This document shows, piece by piece, positions 9,292-20,008 of a stretch of 64,000 nt of DNA. The stretch is from Bryobacterales bacterium. GTDB taxonomy: Bacteria; Acidobacteriota; Terriglobia; Bryobacterales; UBA6623. The notes below the pieces were generated by a model. The model did not search any database and had not been told where the DNA came from. It worked only from the letters and a program-made list of their open reading frames with translations. Made by a program: the position numbers and the translations under genes. The stretch lies in contig OY729428.2 in assembly GCA_963422375.2 (NCBI GenBank), positions 2,816,001 through 2,880,000 on the forward strand, read 5' to 3'. Each line of letters opens with the position of its first letter. Position 1 is the stretch's first letter.

Positions 9292-10365
9292 ATGCGACGA
9301 CGCTGCCTCGCGCTGCTGGTCCTGCCCGCCCTGCTCCTGCTGCGGCCGTCGGTCTGCGACGCAGGCGAACTGCTGAACGGCCGCGAGGTCGGCCGGTTGA
9401 TGCGAGGCATCGCGGACCTCCTGGAAGCGACCCGCATCGTCATGCCGGAACTGTCCCGAGCGGGCGCCCCGCTGCAAGAGAACTTCCGCCAAGGGATCTC
9501 CACCCTCGAGATCTCGCCGAGCCAAAACCATACGGGCATCCTGTACCGGATGCTGGTCAACGCCAAGGCCTACCTGCTGCTGTCCGACACGCTGCCCAAG
9601 CCAGCCGATTTCCCGGAGGACTTCGACAGGCAGCTCTCCGACCTGCGCAACTCGATCGAGCGTTTCGAGGGGCACTTCCGGGCGACCTTGGACCTGCGCG
9701 AGGAGCAGGCGCTCGGCGCGGACCGCGACAACTTCCGCCGCTACGCCGACGCGAACCGTCGCGTCGGGCCGGCCTCCGACGAAGGCCCGCGCGTCGTCTT
9801 CCTAGGCGACTCGATCACCGACGGGTGGAAGCTCGACCAGTACTTTACCGGAAATCCGTACTACAACCGCGGCATCAGCGGCCAGATCACGGGGCAGATG
9901 CTGGGACGGGCCAAGCCGGACGTGGTGGACCTGAAAGCCTCGGCGATGGTGCTCCTTGGAGGGACGAACGATTTGGCGCGAGGCGTGTCCGATGCCGCAA
10001 TCCGGAGCAATCTCGAAGCGATCGGCCTGCTGGCCGAAGCGGCGGGCGTCTATCCGATCATGGCGTCTATCCTCCCGGTGAACGACTACCGCGAGGCGTC
10101 GAATCCGCGCTTCCGCCGGACCACGCTGCGCGACCCGACGCGCATCATCGAACTCAATCGCTGGCTCGAAGCTACCTGCGACGCCAAGGGATGGGCGTAC
10201 CTGGACTACTTCAGCGCGATGACCGACGCGGAAGGACGGCTCCGCGACGATCTGTCGGACGACGGGCTGCACCCCAACGCAGAGGGCTACAAGGTCATGG
10301 CTCCACTCGCGCAAGCGGCAATCGACCGCGCCTTGCGCTCCAAGGGCCGCCGCGGGCGGCGCTAG
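9292..10365 (+). CDS. SGNH/GDSL hydrolase with signal peptide
   Basis: VVFLGDSITD, NRGISGQ, GGTND, DGLHPN blocks; hydrophobic N-terminus. Confidence 0.9.
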   Translation: MRRRCLALLVLPALLLLRPSVCDAGELLNGREVGRLMRGIADLLEATRIVMPELSRAGAPLQENFRQGISTLEISPSQNHTGILYRMLVNAKAYLLLSDTLPKPADFPEDFDRQLSDLRNSIERFEGHFRATLDLREEQALGADRDNFRRYADANRRVGPASDEGPRVVFLGDSITDGWKLDQYFTGNPYYNRGISGQITGQMLGRAKPDVVDLKASAMVLLGGTNDLARGVSDAAIRSNLEAIGLLAEAAGVYPIMASILPVNDYREASNPRFRRTTLRDPTRIIELNRWLEATCDAKGWAYLDYFSAMTDAEGRLRDDLSDDGLHPNAEGYKVMAPLAQAAIDRALRSKGRRGRR

Positions 10366-10510
10366 TCGGAGGGAGAATCCAGCGGCTCCGGAACTCGGCC
10401 GGTCGCGCAGGCCGCGGGCCGGACGCGGGGGCGCTTCCGGCCCGGGACGCGAATGGCTGCTAAGCTTATGGTCCGGCAGTGCCCCCGCGGCCCGGATCGC
10501 GCAGGCAGCT

Positions 10511-11029
10511 ATGTCCATCCTCGACATCTTCAGAGCCGCACAGAAGCGCAAGCCGGCCCGCATGAGCGAGTCCGAGACCTTGCGCCGGATTACGCGCGCC
10601 GTCGAGGAGCTATCCCCGGAACGAGCGCGGTTCATCGCGGCCTTCGCCTTCATCCTCGGGCGCGTGGCCGCGGCGGACATGGAGATCAGCGGCGAAGAAG
10701 TCGCGGAGATGGAGCGCATCGTCGAGCGCGTGGGCCGTCTCCCCGAAGAGCAGGCCGTGCTGGTCGTCCAGATCGCCAAGGCGCAGCATGCGCTGTTCGG
10801 AGCCACCGAGAATTTCGTGGTCACCCAGGAGTTCAACCGCATCGCAACGAGGCTGGAGAAGCAGGCCCTGCTCAACTGCCTATTTGCGGTGTGCTCCTCG
10901 GACCAGTCGATAAGCGTCCAAGAAGACAACGAGATCCGCGCGATCAGCCGGGAATTGCGCTTGGATCACGTCGATTTCATCGCCGCGCGCTCGATTTACA
11001 GAGAACACCTGAACGTACTCAAGGACTAG
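10511..11029 (+). CDS. TerB-family protein
   Basis: [13 protein letters not shown]...[16 protein letters not shown]...I pattern typical of TerB-like domains. Confidence 0.75.
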   Translation: MSILDIFRAAQKRKPARMSESETLRRITRAVEELSPERARFIAAFAFILGRVAAADMEISGEEVAEMERIVERVGRLPEEQAVLVVQIAKAQHALFGATENFVVTQEFNRIATRLEKQALLNCLFAVCSSDQSISVQEDNEIRAISRELRLDHVDFIAARSIYREHLNVLKD

Positions 11030-11105
11030 ACCCCCGGCCGCAGGGACGCGGCCTCGGCCCGGCCTTCGCGAGAATCTGCAGAGCACCGGAGAGGCAAGGA
11101 AAGCG

Positions 11106-11582
11106 ATGGAAACAGCGACATTCGGGGCCGGTTGCTTCTGGGGAGTGGAGGCAGAATTTGCCGGCGTTCCCGGCGTCAAGTCAACCGAGGTGGGCTACGC
11201 GGGCGGCTCGCTCCCGGATCCGAGCTACCGCGACGTATGCCGGGGTGACTCGGGCCACGCGGAGGTGGTCCGAGTGACATTCGACCCGGGACGCGTCAGC
11301 TACGAGACGCTGCTCGAGACCTTCTGGACGTGCCACGACCCGACCCAAGTCAACCGCCAAGGGCCGGACGTGGGCTACCAGTACCGGTCGGTGATCTTCT
11401 GCGAGAACGCAAGGCAGGTGACCGAGGCCGCCGCGTCCAAGGCTCGCTTGGAGCGCAGCAAGACCCATTCCCTCCCAGTCGCGACCGCGATCGAACCGGC
11501 GGGCGCGTTCTACCGGGCGGAGGAGTACCATCAGCAGTACCTCGCCAAGCGCGGCTTGGCGGCCTGCCATCCCGCATACTGA
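11106..11582 (+). CDS. msrA: Peptide-methionine (S)-S-oxide reductase
   Basis: [43 protein letters not shown]. Confidence 0.97.
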   Translation: METATFGAGCFWGVEAEFAGVPGVKSTEVGYAGGSLPDPSYRDVCRGDSGHAEVVRVTFDPGRVSYETLLETFWTCHDPTQVNRQGPDVGYQYRSVIFCENARQVTEAAASKARLERSKTHSLPVATAIEPAGAFYRAEEYHQQYLAKRGLAACHPAY

Positions 11583-11772
11583 GTGCGAGCGGTCGGCGCA
11601 GCTGGCCGCCCGGACCGGCCTGACCGTCGCTGCGGGCCGAAGCGCCAGTGCCGATCAGGCGTGTCCGCTCGCCACCTCGCGAGCGCGGTGCATTGGGCAG
11701 CGGCTCCGCGGCGAGCGCCCGCGTCCGCCCGGCACGGCGCTCTCGAATGCCCCTGCGGTGAGGAATCCAGCC

Positions 11773-12831
11773 ATGTCACTCATGCTCAGCGAAATCAGCC
11801 AGCAGCCCGCAGTGCTGGACGGAATCCTCTCGCGTCCGTCCGAGGCGCTTGCGCGCCTGCGCGGGCACTTCGCGAGGAGGCCGCCGACGATGATCGCGAT
11901 CGTCGCACGGGGCACATCGGACAACGCCGCGCTCTTCGCGCGCTACCTGTTCGAGATCACGCTCGGCATCCCGACGATGCTGGCAGCGCCCTCGGTCTCG
12001 ACCCTCTATCGGAAGCTGTCTCTGCCTCCGGGCACCCTGGCGGTGGGCATCTCCCAGTCCGGCGAGTCGACCGACATCAACGCGTACATGGAGGACGCAA
12101 AACGCATCGGCGCTCCGACGGTTGGCATCACGAATGACGGCTCCAGCACCCTCGCCACTCTCGCGGACGAAGTCCTGCTGACCGGGGCCGGCACCGAATC
12201 GAGCGTCGCGGCGACCAAGACCTACACCGCCCAGATTCTCACGCTGTACCGCCTTTCCCAGTCTCTCGGTTCCGGCATCGGGACGGACGAGCTCCGGGCG
12301 ATCCCCGACGCGGTGGAAGCGCAGCTCCGGCACGAGGCCGAAGTCCGGCAGATCGCCGACGAGTACCGGGATATGACGCACGCAGCGGTGATCGCCCGGG
12401 GGCTCAACTACGCCAACTGCTTCGAGTTCGCCCTCAAGCTGATGGAGACGAGCTACGTGGCGGCCTCGGCATTTTCCGGGGCGGACTTCGCGCACGGCCC
12501 GATCGCCATGGTGGACGAGGGGTTTCCGGTCTTCGTCTTCACGCCGCCCGGACCCACGGCCCCGGAGACGGCCCGGCTCCTGAGACGGCTGGCGGGCAGC
12601 CGGGCAGACGCGATCGCCATCGGGACGGAAGCCGCCACAAGCGACCTTCCGTTCTCGCACCGCATGCAGATCTTCCGCGCGATGCCAGAGCCGGCCGGCT
12701 TCCCGGCGGACCTGCTCACGCCGATCCCGTCGATCATCCCAGCGCAGCTGTTCGCCGCGCATCTCGCGACATGCAAGGGTCTCGACCCGGACCACCCGCG
12801 CATGCTGACGAAGGTCACGCAAACGATGTGA
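11773..12831 (+). CDS. SIS-domain sugar isomerase / glucosamine-6-phosphate deaminase-like (GlmS C-terminal type)
   Basis: ARGTSDNA, ISQSGES, SVAATKTY, EFALKLME, HGP, DPDHPRMLTKVT. Confidence 0.9.
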   Translation: MSLMLSEISQQPAVLDGILSRPSEALARLRGHFARRPPTMIAIVARGTSDNAALFARYLFEITLGIPTMLAAPSVSTLYRKLSLPPGTLAVGISQSGESTDINAYMEDAKRIGAPTVGITNDGSSTLATLADEVLLTGAGTESSVAATKTYTAQILTLYRLSQSLGSGIGTDELRAIPDAVEAQLRHEAEVRQIADEYRDMTHAAVIARGLNYANCFEFALKLMETSYVAASAFSGADFAHGPIAMVDEGFPVFVFTPPGPTAPETARLLRRLAGSRADAIAIGTEAATSDLPFSHRMQIFRAMPEPAGFPADLLTPIPSIIPAQLFAAHLATCKGLDPDHPRMLTKVTQTM

Positions 12832-12891
12832 GGCCCGGCTCGCCAGGTCGCGGCACCATGCAGGGACGCGTCCGATGCCCGTTGCGAACTG

Positions 12892-15030
12892 CTACTGTTC
12901 GCGACCGAACAAGCCTCCCAGGAAGTTCTTCAGGCGGGGCGGATCGCCGTCGACCCCCTCTTCGTCTTTGGACTTGGGCCGCTCGGGGTCCGGGCTGGAC
13001 TGCTCCGGGCCGGTCTCGCTGTCCCCGTCGCTCGCGGCAGCCTGCTTGTCTCCCGGGCTGTCCTCCTGCTCGGGAGCGGACGGCTCCCGGGTCGTCCCCA
13101 CGTACCGGATGCCCGTTTCCGCGGTGTCGCGGACACCGAGATATCCCTTGGCCCGTGCGTGGTCCAGCAGATCCCTGAGGCTGCGAACTCCGTACTGGCT
13201 GACCTCGAAGTCCGAGTCGGCCTCTCGAATGGCGGCCCTCAACTCGCTTCTCGACAGGCCCGGGCCGGCGAAGCGGGGGTTCCCTCGGAGCGCGCGCAGG
13301 AGCACTTCCAGCGCGGCGTCAATCCCTTGCGGCCCGGCCGACGCCGCGGGTCCGCGCGGCTTGCGTTCCGGCGCTTGCGACACCGGAGCGGGCCGACGCG
13401 GAGGTGATTCTGCATCCTCGCCGCGCCCTTCGCGCGAGCTTTGGTCGGGGCGGCCCGGGGCGACCGCCGGCTCGGCGACGCGCTCGCCCGGCACCTCCTC
13501 CGCGGATTCGGGCGGGAAATAGAGCTCCCGTCCCTCCGCGTCCCGGCGCAGCTCTAAGAAACCCTCTCGAACCACTCGCGCCAGCAGGTCCTCGGCCCCG
13601 GCCACCCCTAGCGCCTCCTCGTCGAAGCCGGGGTGCGCCCGGAACATCGCCTCCATTTGCTTGGAGGGTATGCCCGCCGTCAGCAAGGAGCCGCTCTCTC
13701 GCAGGATCTCGCCCACGACGTGCCGAGCGGCGGGGCTGAGGCGGCTAGCGGCAGCTTCCGGATCGTCGTCAGCTTCGTGCAGCTCCACGACGAAGGTGCC
13801 TCCGACAGCCTCCAGATGCAGTTCCCCGTCCTGTGCCAACCGGCCCGCGAACTTGCGGAATTCGTGGGCCGCGCAGCCATACGACCGGAAGCGGGGGTCG
13901 AGGTCTAGAACCGTCCGGTACAGGAGATCGAGTTCGGCGTTCTTCCCGTCCAAGGCGATCTGGCGCACCGCCTGCCGGATTACAGAGAGCGCCTTCTTCG
14001 GGTCAGGCTGCGCGACGGGCCGCGAGGGCGCGGTGGGCCGTTCCTGGCGCATCGGAGGTGCGCCGGCCTCGTCAGGCGGCCCGCCGCGCGAGTAGCTCCG
14101 CTCGCCCCGGTCCCTGCCGCGAGAGTAGCCGCTGCCCTCGTCCCGGACACCGCCCCGGTGAGGGGGCCAGCGCTGGCCGTACCGGTGCGAGTCGCGCGGT
14201 CCCGGCGGGGAATCCGCCCGGCCCTCGGGCTCGGCAATGCAGAACCGCCCTTCGCCGATCATCTTCCTGCGGAGGTGACCGGCATCGACCAGCCGGATGA
14301 TCAGGTCCTTGAACGAACCGCATTCGAAACGGCGCGCATCGAAACCGGGATTGATCTCGAGCAGTACTTCCTCGAGCTGACGGATGTAGGGGATCTCGCC
14401 GACCCGCTCCATCTCCCTGATCGCCTGCCGCATGGCGGGCAGCGCCTTTTCCAAGGGGTCGGAGTGCCGGTCGTACCGTCGGAACCCTTCCGCTTGCGTC
14501 ACGGGCTGGCGCGCCGCCGGCCGGGGATGCCGGTCCGCGGGATAGCCGGCCAGGTCCTCGTAGCTCACGAACTGGTGGCAGTTGCGGCGCAAGTTCTCGC
14601 TGGTGAACGGGATGCCCGCCACAACGTAGACGCGCTTGTTGTACCGCTTGAGCTTCTGCACGAGCGGCAGGAAATCGCTATCGCCGCTCAGGATGCAAAA
14701 CGCATCGATGTGCTCTTGGGTGAACACGAGTTCCAAGGCGTCGATGGACAGGGCGATATCGGCGCCGTTCTTGCTGCCGTCGTACGACGTCTCGAGATGC
14801 TCCATCTTGACGCCGAGCTGCGCCATCCCCCGCGAGACGGTCTTGAAGTCCGGGTGAATGTTCCAGTTGCCGTAGGCGATCTGCGACTGGATCTCGCCTC
14901 GCTCCTCAAGCCAGCTCTTTACGAGCTTGTAATCGAATCCCTGCTTGAGTGTGTTCCAGACGCCCGTCGCGATGTTGTCATAGTCGATAAAGACGGCGAA
15001 GTTCAATCGATCCTGCAAGGTTCCTCTCAA
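12892..15030 (-). CDS. NYN (PIN-like) domain protein with multiple LOTUS/OST-HTH domains
   Basis: AVFIDYDN, KNGADIALSIDA, LSGDSDFLPLV; repeated PxFDxxxxGxxxxxDL motifs. Confidence 0.9.
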   Translation of the reverse strand: MRGTLQDRLNFAVFIDYDNIATGVWNTLKQGFDYKLVKSWLEERGEIQSQIAYGNWNIHPDFKTVSRGMAQLGVKMEHLETSYDGSKNGADIALSIDALELVFTQEHIDAFCILSGDSDFLPLVQKLKRYNKRVYVVAGIPFTSENLRRNCHQFVSYEDLAGYPADRHPRPAARQPVTQAEGFRRYDRHSDPLEKALPAMRQAIREMERVGEIPYIRQLEEVLLEINPGFDARRFECGSFKDLIIRLVDAGHLRRKMIGEGRFCIAEPEGRADSPPGPRDSHRYGQRWPPHRGGVRDEGSGYSRGRDRGERSYSRGGPPDEAGAPPMRQERPTAPSRPVAQPDPKKALSVIRQAVRQIALDGKNAELDLLYRTVLDLDPRFRSYGCAAHEFRKFAGRLAQDGELHLEAVGGTFVVELHEADDDPEAAASRLSPAARHVVGEILRESGSLLTAGIPSKQMEAMFRAHPGFDEEALGVAGAEDLLARVVREGFLELRRDAEGRELYFPPESAEEVPGERVAEPAVAPGRPDQSSREGRGEDAESPPRRPAPVSQAPERKPRGPAASAGPQGIDAALEVLLRALRGNPRFAGPGLSRSELRAAIREADSDFEVSQYGVRSLRDLLDHARAKGYLGVRDTAETGIRYVGTTREPSAPEQEDSPGDKQAAASDGDSETGPEQSSPDPERPKSKDEEGVDGDPPRLKNFLGGLFGREQ

Positions 15031-15352
15031 ATGCGCGCGAGTGCCGCGCGCTCGCCAACTCCTAGGAATCCAAGGCCCCGAGGCGGAGACCGCAAGGATT
15101 CCCTAAAGCGCTTGGCCGACCGGGCAGTCGGGAACCGTCCGTTTCCGCCGTACCGGCCTTGTCCCCGCTGGACGGGCGAGACGCGGCTCGCCTGCCCGGT
15201 CTCACAACAGGGGCGGCCCCTGCAATGGCCTCCGAACACAAACTCAACAGCTGCGAGAAACGGCTCGGGTAATGCACTACGCAAGAGACCGGGACGAAGG
15301 CGGTCGAACGATCTGGCCGTCACCACGGATAGCACTCGGTCGGGCACTGCCC

Positions 15353-15607
15353 CTACTCGTCCAAGCTAATGCTCAATGCCTTCAGAAACTGCTGGTCGGT
15401 TTCCGTCAAGTGCTCTTCAAGGTTCTTATGCGCGATTGCCTGACCGGGCCGGCGGGCGAAGCCGATCGTTGCCTCGAGAAACAGCAGCACGTCATAGCCT
15501 TCCTTCTTGATTTCGCCAATTACGTTCGCGATCTGCTTGGAGCCAGACAGCGACTCGTCAATCGCGCCGCCGAGCTGCTTGATGAGTTCCTTGAGACGCT
15601 GGTCCAC
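15353..15607 (-). CDS. Small hypothetical protein
   Basis: GTG start; protein-like sequence VDQRLKELIKQLGGAIDESLS...DQQFLKALSISLDE. The upstream part of the ORF-track frame looks spurious. Confidence 0.6.
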   Translation of the reverse strand: MDQRLKELIKQLGGAIDESLSGSKQIANVIGEIKKEGYDVLLFLEATIGFARRPGQAIAHKNLEEHLTETDQQFLKALSISLDE

Positions 15608-17310
15608 GCGAGTCCACCACGCGCCCAGCGGGCCCCGCTCTGGAAGCGGCCCCGGGCCAAGCGCCCGTCTGCAGGTCATTGAATCAGATGCGAGGCCGTA
15701 TTGCAACTGCTCCGGGGCGGATTCCGGAGAAATGCCGTTGCGGGCTGTTGGGAAGGCTTGCCGGTGCGGGCGCGAAGAACCGACCGTGGCAGGGGCTCGC
15801 GCCCCTTCCTGCGGCTCCCGTCCGGCCATCGCGCCGAGACCGGTTCCCCGGACCCGCACGCCGTCCCGCCGCAGCGCCCATCGCCAGCCCGGCAGGCAGG
15901 ACGGCGCGCCCGCGAGCATCGCGCCGAAGACCGGGCTCGCTCCCTACTAGAATACCCGCTGGATGGCCCGTCGCAGCGACCCAGCAGCTCAGAGGGCCTC
16001 CGGGCCAGGGAATCTCCGCCTTTGCGTCGCGATCGCCATGCTCGCTTGGGCGGCCGCGGGTCTGGCGAGCGGCACGGCGTCCTATCTGGGGCAGGTCTCC
16101 GGCGTCTCAGGGGTAGACGCCTTCGACGACGTCGTTGCCGTGCTCTCCGGTCGAGGCGTGCTCGAAACCGCCGCTCCGGACCCTCAGGGGCGATTCGCGT
16201 TCTACGGCCTGCCCGCCGGCTCCTACGCGGTCCAAGTCCGCAAGCCCGGATACGAGTCGTCTCCGAGCCGGGCCTTCCGCGTCGGCGCGGGCGGGCAGAT
16301 GTCAGGCGAAGGCACCGACAACGAATTCGCGCTCAGACAGCTGGCTCCCGACACCTTCGTCTTCCACTGGGAGGAAGACCAGAGCACGGCCGGCTACGAT
16401 TACGCGTCTCGCGTCAACAAGCCCCCGGAGATCCAGTTCCTCGACGAAGGCGCCGCCACTGCGGACGGAGCCTCGGCCGACCAGCTTCTGCACGACTACA
16501 ACGTGTCGCTCATCGACGGCGCGGGCGGCTCGTGGACCCACGAGCACGCCTACCGGCTCCTGCAGACGATGGAATCCATCCCGCAACGGAAGAGGGATCC
16601 CTACCGCGTCCAGTCGCTGCCGCCGAGTCAGTGGTTCATCGCTTCGGGCCATCTCGCGAGCGACATACGAATCGACAGGAACGCTGGAGACGGAGCAGCG
16701 GTTGTCCGAATCTCCGCTGACACATTCATTCGTGCAAGCCCGAGGATTGCACTCGTCGACGGCAAGAAGGGCAAGTACTACTCGCAAAGACTGCATCATG
16801 CAGTCGTTCGGTTCGTCACGGACAATGGCCGCAATCGAGATGCGTTCGAGAGAATACTCAACGAACGCTTCGGCGTGACGACTCGGATCAACCGCCACTT
16901 GACATACGAGGAACTGACTGCCGGAACCACAGGCGAACCGGCGTCTAGATTCCAAGAATTTCATCCAGAGGAGATCGTCCGGATCATCAATACATTCGAA
17001 GAGATGCCATCAGGAATGCATGCCATTCCGGGACTCAAGTATCTCGTGCGGCGCTTGGACGGAAGTCCGAACCCTACGACCTCCGCTCCGGCAGTGGCGT
17101 ATACGTCCGCAGGCTACATTGAATTCATGGAAGAGGCATTCAAGAACACATCCGTTCAGTACATCCATCGCCTGATCATCCACGAGAAATCGCATTTCCT
17201 ATGGGAATACCTGCTTGATGACGGCCTCAAGCGGAACTGGACCACCCTCGGGGGTTGGCACCTAGACGCAAGCGATCCGGACGGTTGGTCCACAACCAAG
17301 CAAACGGAAT

Positions 17311-18339
17311 GGCTCAATTCGCAAACCGTAGGCGCGGTCTGGCCATCGCCGCCTTGAGACACGCTCTGGGCGATGGCTGATCGCCGAGTTCGGTGAGATG
17401 GAACCACCTGAGATAGCTGTCCAAGTACTTGGTGGCGATGCCGCGCCGCCTGCGCAGAAAGCCCTTGATCTGGCTGTGGCGGCTATTGACCGTCTGGATG
17501 TGCACAGCACCCCGGACCCGCTCGCCAGCGGAAGCGTTGATGCTCTCGTGAGGGATGTCGAGTGCCTCCGCGACGGGCGGATAGCAGCGGTTGGCGTCGG
17601 AGACGAGCAAGGCATCGCGGGCGACGACCGGCTCCAGCACTTCCTTCACGCTCTTTGCGTTGAGGGCGGGCAGGGTATGGCTGAGGGTCTCGCCCGCACG
17701 GTCGGCGGCGACCAGGATCGGCACCTGCTCGCGCGAGAGGCCGCGTTTGCGGGCCTTGCCGCCGCGCCGGCGCGGCTTGCGGTCCAGCTTCCGCTCCCCC
17801 TTGCGGCTCTCCAGAACGAAGGTCTCGTCAGCCTCGACGATCCCGGCAAGCCGATCCGGCGCCTGGCGCACCGCCGCCGGAAAGCGGTGTCGCCAGCGAT
17901 GCGCCGTGCTCGGCGCAATCCCGCAGCGCTCGGCGGACTCCTTGACCGTCTCACCCTCGGCAAGCGAGGCGCCAAAGGCAAGCCAGCGCTCCTTATGGTG
18001 CAGACCCGACAGCGCTGTGCCGGTCAACGCACCGAACGTCTTCCCGCAGTCCTTGCACCGGAAACGGCGGAGACCGCGCGCCTTGCCCCGCGACACCGCC
18101 CCGCCGGCGCCGCAATGCGGACAGCGCCGCTCGTCATCCACGCCCAGATCGATCGCCGCCAGCGAGGCCGCGCCCTCCGAAGGCTCCGACAGCACCGCCG
18201 CCACCTCCCTGCGCTGCGCCGCCGTCAACTCATCGACACGCGAGAACCAATCCCGAAACCGCTCGTGATCCATCTGTCTGACCTCCAGGGCAAATCGGGC
18301 GACATTCTATCACGATGCCTACGATTCACGAATTGAGCC
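17311..18339 (-). mobile_element. IS1595-family insertion sequence (1029 bp)
   Basis: TIRs GGCTCAATTCG / CGAATTGAGCC (imperfect out to about 24 bp); 8-bp TSD AACGGAAT at 17303-17310 and 18340-18347. Confidence 0.95.
17314..18273 (-). CDS. IS1595-family (ISXO2-like) transposase
   Basis: CPHC...CKDC zinc ribbon, HTH, VEADETF, VSD, HIQTVNSRH, GIATKYLDSYLRWF; frame intact. Confidence 0.93.
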   Translation of the reverse strand: MDHERFRDWFSRVDELTAAQRREVAAVLSEPSEGAASLAAIDLGVDDERRCPHCGAGGAVSRGKARGLRRFRCKDCGKTFGALTGTALSGLHHKERWLAFGASLAEGETVKESAERCGIAPSTAHRWRHRFPAAVRQAPDRLAGIVEADETFVLESRKGERKLDRKPRRRGGKARKRGLSREQVPILVAADRAGETLSHTLPALNAKSVKEVLEPVVARDALLVSDANRCYPPVAEALDIPHESINASAGERVRGAVHIQTVNSRHSQIKGFLRRRRGIATKYLDSYLRWFHLTELGDQPSPRACLKAAMARPRLRFAN

Positions 18340-20008
18340 AACGGAATTCGTCAGCGCGTATGCTCATGAGAAAAACCCAAACGAGGACATGGCCGAGTCA
18401 ATCGCCTACTTCGTCGTCAACCCCGACAAGCTCCGGTCCCGTTCGCTGCCAAAGTACGAATTTATTAGGGACAGGATCATGCAAGGCAATATCTACATGT
18501 CTTTGATTCGCGAAGATCTAACATTCGAAGTATATAACCTGTACCCTGATTATGTGTTCCCAGGCAAGATTCGCAGAGTGGACATCAAAGTCATCGGAGC
18601 GCCGGAAGACGACAAGGAAGTTCTGATCGAGATCGCCTTGCATGCGTTCGACAACGTGCTGGAAGGCGCGATCAGCGCATACGCTAGAATCCATAGCGAC
18701 GCAGGGACTTACAAGGACGTGTACCTTTATCCCGTCGGCGTGCCAAGGGGCACCCCCGGGACCGTGCTTTCCGGCGGCTTCAAGCTAAGCAAGCACGCCA
18801 AGGCCGGATACTGGAGCCCGGATCAAGTCTCGCTTACCGACGAGCACCTCAACGAACGCTTCGTAGGGCGAAACGATTTCGGCTGGAGGCTCTACGTCAA
18901 CAATCCGCAGGAAGACATCACTCCTCCGCATTATGTGAGGAATTCAGCGCGCCTCGCGAAATCCGTCGCGACACGCGAAGGACAGGAAGTGCAACTCATC
19001 GAGGCTAGCTGGAGCGTGGGCGAGAATTCAGGGTTTATGCGAGAAGGTTCGGCGTGCGCAGCTGCGCTGAACGATCAGAACCTCGAAACCTACAGCGTGT
19101 TCGAGTACGGAGACTATGACCCGCGCACCGAGACCTGCCTCGTAGTTTTCGAAATGCCCGACTACATGCCGTCAGCAATGTACGCGATGAACTACATCAT
19201 GATGACCGATCGTGCGTTGAACGTATCGGGCATCTACTTCGGCGACCCGAATCACGGCCTCAGGCAAGAGGAATCCATCGTCGATGAGGTCGCACCGCGA
19301 ATCAGGCTGAGCACAAGCAACGAAGACACGCTTCCTCCGGAGATCGATCTGAATAGGATCCGAATCCAAGCCGAGCCTAGCAGGCCGAGCGATCCCAACG
19401 GAGAAACCTTGGTTACATTGGACTTCGTCGTCCGGGACGACATATCAGGCGTTCGCATTGCGAGTCTTTACTTGCGAGATCCACAGGGGAACGACCACCA
19501 CCATTACGTTTACGGAAACTTTGAGGGCCATGCTCTGTTTCCAGCTAGCGATCCAACCCAGTGGAGCCACCAGAGATGGACTACGATTCTTCCTCCCGGC
19601 TCTCCTCCGGGAACTTGGGGTCTCTTGGAGCTCAACGTACAAGATCGTGCGGGCAATGCACGCCGATACAACTTCGCTGAAACAATTCACTTCGACATCG
19701 AATAGATGGATAGAAGATGAAGGTGAATTCGATTGAATTACTCTAGAATATCCATTGTTTCGGTCGAGTCCCATGCATTGCGCTCACCCGGCAGACGGGG
19801 CGTGAAGATCCACTGCACCCCGCCCTGTCCCCATGCATGCCTTCACTCGCCCGGGCGCAGGCCCTGACCGGCGCTGGCGCCCCGCCGCCAGTGCGGACGT
19901 CCGGCCGACGGGGCGGCCGGCAAGCGCCGATGCAAGCCGCCCCTGACACGTCGGCCGGCCCGCGTCTTGCAACTCCGACCGGCAACCGGCGAAAATGGCG
20001 GTGCGGGG

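Larger units (their letters stand above)
15963..19705 (+). pseudogene. Large secreted zinc metallopeptidase-like gene interrupted by IS1595 (about 900 aa when restored)
   Basis: Signal peptide; IIHEKSH (HExxH). Removing the IS and one TSD gives in-frame KQTEFVSAYAHEKNPNEDMAES, which joins ORF 18389-19705. Confidence 0.88.
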
